The notes under the pieces are model-generated. The model did not search any database. It saw nothing but the letters and a program-made list of their open reading frames with translations, and was not told the DNA's origin. A stretch of 63,326 bases of DNA, filler included, from Deltaproteobacteria bacterium (GTDB taxonomy: Bacteria; JAEEML01), in assembly GCA_016283195.1 (NCBI GenBank). It is 6 parts of 6 records of this genome, joined end to end, with 100 filler letters (N's around TTAATTAATTAA, not from the genome) between each part and the next. Parts side by side here need not be neighbours in the genome. Positions count along the whole stretch, not along the records: positions 5,036 to 10,759 come from JAEEML010000143.1; positions 10,860 to 42,180 come from JAEEML010000145.1; 4 more parts are not named here. One strand, written 5' to 3'. This document shows positions 7,977-17,155 of this stretch, piece by piece; the first letter of the stretch is position 1; each line of letters begins with the position of its first letter. The position numbers and the translations under genes were made by a program.

Positions 7977-9518
7977 CTAATCTCTTACGCAGCGCACCGA
8001 GACGCCGTACGTCTTTTTGAGGCTGAACATGCGCGCATTGCTGCTATCCACGTACAGGTTGTACGCGTAGGAACTACTGTCCTCCGTACTTGACCAGAAG
8101 TAGGCGTACGACCCGAAATAGTGGTAGCTGCCGGAGAGGCAGTTGCCGGCGGGAAGCGCCCCAAAGCCATATTTATCGGCACCGCTACTCCATGTGGTGG
8201 CCCGCAAGTTTTGCGACCGAGTTGAACTATCAGAACCAACATAAGTAAGCAAACTGTCAAACTCTGCTTTTGTCGGCAATCTCCAGCCAGTTGGGCAGAA
8301 ATTGGCACTTGTTGCCGTGGCCCAAGTGTAAAGCAAGCCGTAAGTAGCTACATTGCTTGAATTGTTATTGGGATTGTAATAGGTGCCGGTTTTGCGCTGA
8401 TAGTTTTCGGCCATCCATTCCCTGCCATTAATAATAACTGTTTTATAAGTGTTTCCGGCTTGATCAGTGACTGAACCATAGGCAGTGCAATTTGTGCCAT
8501 ACCCCTTAGTTGTATCGCACTCGTCACAATTGGCCCCAGTCATCAGTGAGTTCTTGCACTCATCGCAATTAGCGCCAGTCATCAGTGAATTCTTGCACTC
8601 GTCACAATTGGCCCCGGTCATCAGCGAGTTCTTGCACTCATCGCAATTAGCGCCAGTCATCAGTGAATTCTTGCACTGATCACAATTAGCGCCAGTCATC
8701 AGTAAGTTCTTGCACTGGTCACAATTGGCCCCGGTCATTAGTGAATTCTTGCATTCATCACAATTGGCCCCGGTCATCAGCGAGTTCTTGCACTGATCGC
8801 AATTAGCCCCAGTCATCAGTGAATTCTCGCATTCATCACAATTGTTCCCAGTATATTTTTTTTCGCAGCTTCCGGCTTGGCAATGCCCGGTTTGCGGGTC
8901 AAGAGCACCATGAACGCACTTTATTTCTTTATCACAATTTACCCCGGTGTAGCCGCTTGGGCAGCTAAAGCATTCGCCGGTGCCGCTTCTGCCTTCACGG
9001 CAATAGAGGCTGCCGCAGTCGCATTTTTGGCAACTTGGCCCATAGTAACCAGGCTGGCATTCTTCGCAGTTTTCGCCGGTAAAATTAAAAGCACACACAT
9101 CGCAATTGTCACCGCTCCAGCCTAACAGGCAATCGTAGCATCTATCACCTCCATGGTGGCCAATACAAACACAGCTACCGGCCCCATTACATTCTTGAAA
9201 GTCCCCACTACAATAAACAACCTTTTGACCTTTAGGAAAAGGTTCGCAAATATGAGAGCTTTGTGAACAGTAAGAGCAAGGCCCGCCGCAATCTTCATCT
9301 GACTTGCAATTGGCTACACATTTGCCATGGGGGTAGAGTTTATCATCAATGCAAGTAAAGCCTTCCGGGCATTCTAGGTCTTTGGTGCAAGCTTGGCCCG
9401 GTTCCAAGTCGGGCAGCTCGCCCGCAAATTCGGCATCCGGATTCTCTTTTAAAAGATCGACGCCGCAGGCCAGGAGATTAAAAGAGGCTAATAAAGCTAA
9501 TATTTTTAAATACTTCAT
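7977..9518 (-). CDS. Cys-rich lipoprotein with EGF/laminin-like stalk and C-terminal FISUMP (Fib_succ_major) domain
   Basis: Lipobox LLAC; DQAGNTYKTVIINGREWMAEN, YGLLYTW, CPTGWRLPT, FGALPAG, FWSSTE and SVRCVRD motifs. Confidence 0.88.
   Translation of the reverse strand: MKYLKILALLASFNLLACGVDLLKENPDAEFAGELPDLEPGQACTKDLECPEGFTCIDDKLYPHGKCVANCKSDEDCGGPCSYCSQSSHICEPFPKGQKVVYCSGDFQECNGAGSCVCIGHHGGDRCYDCLLGWSGDNCDVCAFNFTGENCEECQPGYYGPSCQKCDCGSLYCREGRSGTGECFSCPSGYTGVNCDKEIKCVHGALDPQTGHCQAGSCEKKYTGNNCDECENSLMTGANCDQCKNSLMTGANCDECKNSLMTGANCDQCKNLLMTGANCDQCKNSLMTGANCDECKNSLMTGANCDECKNSLMTGANCDECKNSLMTGANCDECDTTKGYGTNCTAYGSVTDQAGNTYKTVIINGREWMAENYQRKTGTYYNPNNNSSNVATYGLLYTWATATSANFCPTGWRLPTKAEFDSLLTYVGSDSSTRSQNLRATTWSSGADKYGFGALPAGNCLSGSYHYFGSYAYFWSSTEDSSSYAYNLYVDSSNARMFSLKKTYGVSVRCVRD
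8517..8840 (-). repeat. Eight 39-bp tandem units encoding CD(E/Q)CKNSLMTGAN
   Basis: Visible in both DNA and protein. Confidence 0.95.
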
Positions 9519-9527
9519 AATAATCTC

Positions 9528-10118
9528 CTAAAAGTTTAAAGCCAAAGTTAGAGAGCTTTCTTCTGGGCTGATGGCTGGTAAGAGGGTAACTTTGGGCTTT
9601 TGCGCTTTTTCTAATTTGTGCTTGGCGCGCACTTGCATAGCACCCAAAACAATAGATGTAACCGCCGCCGCGCCGCCCACGCCAAAAGCGATGTAAGATA
9701 TTTTTTTGTTTTTGGCCGCACTTGTTTCTAAATCTTGCAAATAGAGCATACTATCAAATACTTGCGGATTGCTGCGGCGCTTTTCTTGCTTCTTGGCAAT
9801 GGCTAAAAAGGCGGCTCCTGTGCCAATCCCCCCAGCTCCGCCTACAAGGCCCACAGTGAGGGCGCTGGCCAGGAAAGCTTTCTTTTGCTTTTCATAGCGA
9901 GTGATGCGCTTTTGTTTCCTGGCCTCCTGGCGGGCGGCTTCTTCGGCCTCTTCCTGGGCTGCATTTTGCTCTATAGCTGCTCCAGTGGTGGCGGTGGCCT
10001 CATTGCCACTAACCGGGCTGCCGTAAAGATCCTGGGCCGAATTTCCATAAATATCCTGAGCCAGAGCAGGGCTGGCAAAACCCAAAACGGCGATGAACAA
10101 CAAGATATTGCGCCCCAT
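9528..10118 (-). CDS. Exported/membrane hypothetical protein
   Basis: Signal peptide (PALA), two Gly-rich hydrophobic helices, C-terminal ...SLTLALNF. Confidence 0.75.
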   Translation of the reverse strand: MGRNILLFIAVLGFASPALAQDIYGNSAQDLYGSPVSGNEATATTGAAIEQNAAQEEAEEAARQEARKQKRITRYEKQKKAFLASALTVGLVGGAGGIGTGAAFLAIAKKQEKRRSNPQVFDSMLYLQDLETSAAKNKKISYIAFGVGGAAAVTSIVLGAMQVRAKHKLEKAQKPKVTLLPAISPEESSLTLALNF

Positions 10119-10121
10119 GGC

Positions 10122-10556
10122 TCACTCCGCATTCTGCCAACCGGTGTCGTCTTTTAATTTGGCCTCGCTAGCCACTTGAGGAGCGCCGTTCTCAATGACT
10201 GTAGTGTATTTGATGGCCAGGGCCGAACCGTAGCGGGTTACCGTGCAAGTGCTTTTGTCATCATCTTTTTCGCAATTGGTCACTGCTTCGATTTTCACAT
10301 TGATGATGTCGTGAGCGCCCAGAGCGTGAGCTTTTACCATGAGATCATGGTAAATCATGGCCGGGCCGTTTTTGCTTGCGGCATTTAGTGTGGCCTTGGA
10401 AAAGACCAGCGAGAGCGGTTCATAATCTTTGAGCGGCAGGGCAGCGGTGGCATAGCTGCCAGCCTCGGCCGCAGCTTTAACCCGCAATTGATGGCCGCCG
10501 CAAGCAGTGAGAGAAAGAGCCGAGACGAATAGACAGATTTTTACAAAATTGCTCAT
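10122..10556 (-). CDS. Lipoprotein, hypothetical (YbjQ-like fold possible)
   Basis: Lipobox LTAC; KAHALGAHDIINVKI...YGSALAIKY; GGAGG RBS. Confidence 0.75.
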   Translation of the reverse strand: MSNFVKICLFVSALSLTACGGHQLRVKAAAEAGSYATAALPLKDYEPLSLVFSKATLNAASKNGPAMIYHDLMVKAHALGAHDIINVKIEAVTNCEKDDDKSTCTVTRYGSALAIKYTTVIENGAPQVASEAKLKDDTGWQNAE

Positions 10557-10680
10557 GGTAAACCTCCTAGATTAGCAAAAAAATGCCGTAATGATGCAAA
10601 AAAATATGCAAAATTATTGAATAAATTGCAAATTTTGTCTTGAAATATTTTTAGATATGTGCTTTACTTAAATAAAGCGA

Positions 10681-10759
10681 CTGAACTGAACTGAACTGAA
10701 CTGAACTGAACTGAACTGAACTGAACTGAACTGAACTGAACTGAACTGAACTGAACTGA
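10681..10759. repeat. (CTGAA)n pentanucleotide microsatellite, at least 15 units, running into the gap
   Basis: Seen directly. Confidence 0.97.
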
Positions 10760-10859
10760 NNNNNNNNNNNNNNNNNNNNNNNNNNNNNNNNNNNNNNNNN
10801 NNNTTAATTAATTAANNNNNNNNNNNNNNNNNNNNNNNNNNNNNNNNNNNNNNNNNNNN
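10760..10859. other. Assembly spacer
   Basis: N block with TTAATTAATTAA. Confidence 0.99.
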
Positions 10860-13800
10860 CAAAGGTGCTCTTTATTCTTGAGCCACCGGCAATATTGAGT
10901 GCCATCTGCCCACCATTGCCTTGCAAAGCTGTATCAACCTTGCCTTTTTCTATTTCGCCATAGAAGTAGCCATCTGAAATATTCATTACTGTGTTGGCCG
11001 CCGAAACACCGCCGCCGATATAAAGTTCATTAAGTGTGGCCTTTAGGGCTACACCCTCGGCCATATCAAGCGAAATATTTTGATCGGGAATGGCAAAGGC
11101 AACATCACTAGCCACACCGGTTGCTGTTAAGCCGCCTTTCATCCTAATGGCTATTTCCGGAGAAATATTAATTATTCCGTCGCCGCTCAAATCAACTTGG
11201 TTAAGATCAAGGCCGAGATTATCTTGGGAAACAATTATATTGCTCATGGAACCGTCCATGTTGGTAATTTTCACATCGCCCAAGGTAGAGAAAGTGCCGT
11301 TGCCAAAAGTTACACCGCCGCTGATATTGGAACGCCTGATATCCAAAACAGTGGGCCTTTCATCAGTTCCAAGGGGAATAAGCGCCGTACAATCAAAATC
11401 GCCTTTTACCCCGCCTATCACCGTTTCACCGCTGGCAGTATTCATTTCAAAGAGGCCGACTGAGCCGTTTTTCACACTATAGCGGCTACCATCAGGCAGG
11501 ATAACATCGCCGCTTAGTTTGAAATCTTTGCTTGTTTTCTTAAAAGATATCATCCCGGCATCGCTCACCGTAAGCTGGCCGGCACCGGAAATATCCATAG
11601 AGACGTTGGTTACACTATCACCAGCTACTATCGACAAATTCTTGGCCGAAAGGTCGAGATTTTGCACCGTGCCTTTAATAACCCCACCTTGCATATTAAG
11701 GGCACCCTCAATAGTTCCCTTTATGGCATCGGCTCTGCCGCCTCCGCCACCAATCAGCGCCCCACCGGAAAAATCAATTCCCGCTTTAATTTTGGGGAAA
11801 TTAAAATCCATCTCCGGCTTGCCGTCAGCACCTTGAACATAGTGGAAAAAGCCATTTTTCACAGCCGCATCTGTCAACGCAACCGCCGTGCCGCCAAAAG
11901 TGCCGTTTACGTCAATATTCTCAGCTTCGACATTGTTTATAACCATCTCGATTTGCGGTTTGCCGCTAAGCGCACCGATAACTTTCATCGCTATGCTAAC
12001 GTGTGCCCCATCAAGACGGCAACCTGCAGCGGCACCGCCGAGAATCGTCTCACCGAGAACAGCATCACCGGAAATGGTAAAATTATCCGGCGCACCGGAA
12101 ATATTCAAATGCGAATCCGCCCCGATAGTTAATTTTTGCCCATTACCAAAATTAATAGTGCCGGGAGCCAGTTGGGTTTTGGCAACAAAGAAATTGGCAT
12201 TTTCAGGATGAATTTTAGAAGCCAGAGCTTGCAACTGCTCTTCAATCGAGGGATTCTTGGCTGCCTCGGTTGCCGGTTCTGTCACTTTATCTGTCTTAGC
12301 AGGCTGCGTCGGTTTAGTCGGTTGAGCAGGTTGCGTCGGCTGGGCAGGCTGAGTCGGCTGAGCAGTTTGCCCGCCGGAGACAGGCGTCTTCGGCGATGGT
12401 TTTTGCTGCCCATTAGTTACTTTTATTTTTCCGGCATGGATAACACTGGCATCAAGCTTGCCATATAAATCTTTGAAATCAAGTGGGAACTGCGCATCGC
12501 CAAATAATGCTTTACCTATCTCGGCGCCGATTTTTTCTCTTATATCATTCTGCACATTTTTATAAATAACCTCAAGGGCAGAAATAGTAGTGTGCTCAAT
12601 ATCAACCAGTGGGTAAAGGTAACCGAGACCGGTTTCGGGATCTTTACGAATTTCCATACCGGCGATGGTAATACCAACAGAGGTACCGACACTGCCGGGT
12701 CCCGGCAACCAATAAGTGCCTTCAGCTTTTAATTTAAGTGGTGGATTTAATTTAACTTTTGAATTATTATTCTGCAAAACGCCATTTTCCACAATCAAAG
12801 TTGCGGTAATGGGCGCTTTTTCTCTGGAACCGGAAATAACCACATCATACCCCATGGTATCTTTAGTCACCATCATATCAACATCGTGCTTGGAAGAGAG
12901 ATGGAAGAGTTCTGTGGTTAAAGAATCCACCGGCACCGAAACAGTTAGCTGCGTCGCTTTCAGAGTGCCGAAAATCTCATTCAAATCCAGAGAAATGGGG
13001 GGAATAAGAGTTGTTAATTCCTTAGTATTCAGTTGTTTAAGCCGGCTATCAATTCGCTGCCGTGCCAGCGGCTTACGCATGGTTGCCAGCTGCAAATCGC
13101 CATCGGGCATAATAGCGCCGTCCGGCAAACTGGCCGCACTCACCTGCTCTATAGCGCCCTTTTGTACTGCTCCGGTAATGAGCGTATTACTAAAGCTGAT
13201 ACCGCCGGCGCATTTAATATGGCCGGTTTCATCGAGAGTGGCACCCAAAACCAGAGTAGCCACCCCGGTGGAATTGTCTATTTCTATGGAAGCATTATCT
13301 ATTCCGGGAATAGCCCCGGCCACTGCCGTAACATTTTCACCGAGTTCTATCCGCAATTCTCCACTGAAATCCGGAGAAACTGCCCCTTCCTTCCAGCCCA
13401 TGTCAAAAATATCAAGAAGGCCGCGAGTTCCGGGAGCTATTCTTATATTTTGCTCTTCAAGCGGCAGGCGCAGCTCATCAAGTACAACATCAATACTGGC
13501 ATCGGCCCGGAATACCGGCTTTTCGCCGGGTTTTAATTTCAGCTTTTCCAAAGCCACCGTGGCTACACTGCCATCGGCCACATCAACCAAAACCCCACCT
13601 TTTGTCATATCGCCAAAAACAGCATCCTCAACATCGGCAAAAACAGAGAAATGGTCGTTTTCAAGAGCTTCAAAATCAAGAGCGGTAAAATCGCCCTGCT
13701 TATCAATATCAATATGGCCGCTGCCCTGAACGGCCACTTCATTCATCACTAAATCAAAGCCGGCAGAATCAACAACCGCCAGGCGGTCCATTGTCGCTGT

Positions 13801-15351
13801 AAATTCTTTAACATCGCCGGATATTTTAAGTTTATCGGCTTTACCGTCGATCACGCTGAGTTCCAAACTACCAAACATATTGAAATCTCGCGCTAAATCA
13901 GCTCGTTTGCCCAGTTTCAAGAGCGACGGTCGGCCATCACTGCCGGTAACTTCCACCTGCCCGCTGAGGCCGCTTAGCTCATGGTGCGGAATACTCAAAT
14001 CGAGCGATTGATGCTTGCCGGCAACCGCAAGAGCAATAACCGGGCTCTTATCTTCTTTGGCAAAATCCATGTGCCCAAACTCCAGCACATTGCGATTTGT
14101 ACCGCTGGAAGAAGAGGTCTCCATATAAAAATCATCAACACTCAGCGATTTAACGGCAATATTCATGGCGAGCGGCGCATCAGGGCGCAAAAGCTCCCGG
14201 CCCTTGCCACTCCGCGTAAGCTCCACATCAAGATCAATGGTACCCTTGCCGGACCTGATAACTGTTGTACCGCTATTCATAATAACCGAATCGGTGGGCA
14301 GGTTCATGTGGGCCTTTAATTGGCCGGGAGTACCGCTAACTTCCACTTTAGATCCTTTGGCAACATTTACCGAAAACTCCTTGCCGAAGGAAACCTGGCC
14401 GGCCTTTAATGAGCCTTTAAAAGAGACGCCCACCTTATCCAGCTGGAAAGTGGACATAAGAGCCACCAAAGGATCATCAATGACTTGGCCAATGGAAAAA
14501 GAGCGAGCTTTGCCCTCTTCATCGGTAGCTGCCAGTTCTTTTTCCCGCTCAACAGCGCCTTTGATATTCTCGCGGGATTCTTCCATCTGATAATTCAGGG
14601 TATAAAGCGGATAAGCTGAGTTTTCCACAGGAACCGGCTTACTGCTTTTAACAGGATTACCCTCTTTTTTATCTTTTACATCGCGAGAGACATTAACCGG
14701 CAGTTCATTTCCCGGCGTCAAACGAACTTTATCATCACCGCCGGTGAGTTTGTTTATAAGCTTGCTGATACCCTCAATAGTATCGGGTACTTTCTTTTCG
14801 CCCTGCAAAACATATTTAGTAATATTAATATTGGGCAAACACTTAACATTGGCCATAATATGGCCGTTTTCGTCAATATAAACGCTCTTTGGATCCCAAA
14901 AAAGCGGCCCGTCAAGATCGGTTTCGGTGCCATCAGCCTTTTCAAAAAAGACTCTGGTATGAGCAAAATCGATTTTGCCGTTTTCTACTCTGAGAGTAAT
15001 GGCGCCTTGGCTATCCGGCCGCACTTTAAAGGGGCCAAGTTTGGTGCCGCCGGTCATGGGAACGGTGATCTTCAAATCGCCGCTATCCATGCGGTTAACC
15101 ATGTCGCTGATATCCGCTACCGCCGCCGGCCCCCTGATAGGCATAGCCAAGTTGGCCGTTAGCGGATCCTGATTTGCTTTCACAGCAACACTGTTAGCAA
15201 TGGCACTTTTATCTAAAATATCAACAGAAAGAGCCTCTGCTTTAGCTGCAGGAGCAGCTTTAGCAGCATTTTTAGAATGTTTTATCGAAGCATTAGGCTC
15301 AGACAAGGGCTGATATAAATTAAGCGGGCTGCGATTATTAATTCCTTGCAT
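10860..15351 (-). CDS. Giant beta-rich hypothetical protein (>1490 aa), 3' truncated, with an internal duplication and a PTQPAQ linker
   Basis: Uninterrupted ORF with AGGAG RBS; no Sec signal; low-complexity N-terminus. Confidence 0.8.
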
Positions 15352-15395
15352 TATGAGGCTCCTTTAAAGCCGCTGGACACACCCAGACCTAGGCT

Positions 15396-15421
15396 TTATC
15401 GCATATTTTAGCCTTTAGTTG
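15396..15421 (-). promoter_or_regulatory. Putative sigma-28-like promoter, CAACT-N14-GCGATAA
   Basis: Same motif and spacing upstream of the neighbouring gene; -10 resembles GCCGATAA. Confidence 0.6.
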
Positions 15422-15477
15422 TTATATATTTTTGTTTTTTTGCGGAAAATATGCTGATTTACGCAAGAGGCAAGCTA

Positions 15478-16845
15478 TCAGTTATCTAAATCGTGGTTTA
15501 AGGCCGGATCAGGCAAAGGAGCCGGATCGCGCGGATTGGTAACTTTGAGTTCCAAGATTTTTTTCGCGCTCTCAGGGTCTTTAAGATCGAGATCGGTGCC
15601 TTCGCTAAATTGCTGCACAAATTCAATAATTTTTCTGGCATCACTATCGGTCCACTTCCAAAACCAGGTGCCAGTGCGCGCTGAATCAATACTGGGGTAG
15701 AGTTCAAAAAGCTCAAGGCAGCGCAAATAAGCCCACTGGCGGGTCGGCGGCGTACCGTTTTCGGCAATCCAGCCAACATACCAAGCGCGATATTCAGCCT
15801 GAAAATATTTATAATTTGAACGGTTTTTGTCGCCATTAACCTGATGGCTGACTTCATGGGGAATGGTGTCTAAGACAGCGTGGCGAGCATAAAGATTGTC
15901 TTTGGGATAAGGGTCATTCCCGGCCGGCACAAATTGATTATTGATATAAATGCCGCTACCAAAGGCCGGAGCATAACCAAAAGTAATGCTGCCGGGGTCG
16001 TCTTCAATTTCGGTAAAGTGCAGCGGAATTTCACCGGAAAGGAGGCGATTCATGGTATTATCAAGCAGGGTATTTTGCTCAGAACCGGGCTTTTTAATGC
16101 TCACTTCGGCCATATAAGCAATGGATTTGGCCGCCCGCTGCTGATCGGGGAGATCCATTTTTTTAAACCATTTAGCACTGCTGAGTTTCACCAGGTGCTT
16201 AATGGAATGAGCATTGGGAAAATTCTTGCATTGCGCAAGAAGTGCTATTTTGGTATCTTCCTTTGCAGCACAAAATTCTTTTGTTTTTAATAAGTTAGTG
16301 AGTTCTTTTGCCACTTCAGGTGCGCCGGAAGCATTAATAAAAGCCGCTACAAGCTGCTCATTTGCTTCCGCTGTCAAAGGTTCGGCAAAATCCAGCATCT
16401 TCATAGCTGCAGCAAAAGCGGCAGCATCTATATTCCCGGCGATGGAGACCAGGCTTTTCTGTGTTTCCAGCGCGAGAGAAGCAAAAGCGGCGCTATTCTC
16501 CAAAAAGGCCTTCTGGCTGCTTGTAAGAGCTTGCCACTCGGCGCCGGTCAGGAGTTCGGCAGAGAGAGCCGGCCTGGCGGCCGACATAATGGTGACATCA
16601 TAAAGAGAGGCATTAGGCTTGGCCACGGCAGTTTTATCGGCTTTAGCTTCCGGCAAAGGAATAGTAACATCAGTACCAGCTTTATTAGCCGGCTTTTCAG
16701 CGCTTTTTTCCAAAATATCGCCCGGGGCCGCCGGAGCAGCTTTTCCGCTCTCTTTAGCCGGCGCCTGGGCCACATTATCATTAGCGGCAGTGGCGGCAAG
16801 ATTTTCCACATGCCAATTATTATGCTGGCTAATTCCGCTAACCAT
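15478..16845 (-). CDS. Putative zinc metalloprotease-like protein (HEXXH)
   Basis: IPHEVSHQ plus downstream AEYRAW; GGAGG RBS before MVSG; low-complexity N-terminus. Confidence 0.7.
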   Translation of the reverse strand: MVSGISQHNNWHVENLAATAANDNVAQAPAKESGKAAPAAPGDILEKSAEKPANKAGTDVTIPLPEAKADKTAVAKPNASLYDVTIMSAARPALSAELLTGAEWQALTSSQKAFLENSAAFASLALETQKSLVSIAGNIDAAAFAAAMKMLDFAEPLTAEANEQLVAAFINASGAPEVAKELTNLLKTKEFCAAKEDTKIALLAQCKNFPNAHSIKHLVKLSSAKWFKKMDLPDQQRAAKSIAYMAEVSIKKPGSEQNTLLDNTMNRLLSGEIPLHFTEIEDDPGSITFGYAPAFGSGIYINNQFVPAGNDPYPKDNLYARHAVLDTIPHEVSHQVNGDKNRSNYKYFQAEYRAWYVGWIAENGTPPTRQWAYLRCLELFELYPSIDSARTGTWFWKWTDSDARKIIEFVQQFSEGTDLDLKDPESAKKILELKVTNPRDPAPLPDPALNHDLDN

Positions 16846-16930
16846 TTTTCCTCCCCAAAAGCTCATCCGCTTTTATCAATCACCCAGGAGCATAAGAAAT
16901 AGACCTTATCTATTATCTGCTCTTGTGAAG

Positions 16931-16957
16931 TTATCAGGCCGCCAGGCAAAAAGTTGC
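16931..16957 (-). promoter_or_regulatory. Putative sigma-28-like promoter, GCAACT-N14-CTGATAA
   Basis: Matches the 15396-15421 motif with an identical 14-nt spacer. Confidence 0.6.
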
Positions 16958-17155
16958 TAATTTTTTTGCTTGGCTAAAATTCTGCGCGCCGGCATAGATG
17001 TTCTCCTGTTTTCGCCACTTACTCCAAAGCGAAAAACTAACCTAATGTTTTTTAAGATAAAATAAATTTTAGCTTCAATAAGAGGTGCCACTTACCGCTT
17101 GGAAACTGGGCGAGATACCAATAAAATCAAGCGCTTAACGAGGTGCTGGGGTGGG

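Noticed and set aside
8517-8840. 39-bp repeats as a CRISPR array
   Set aside because: In-frame coding repeats with synonymous variation and no spacers.
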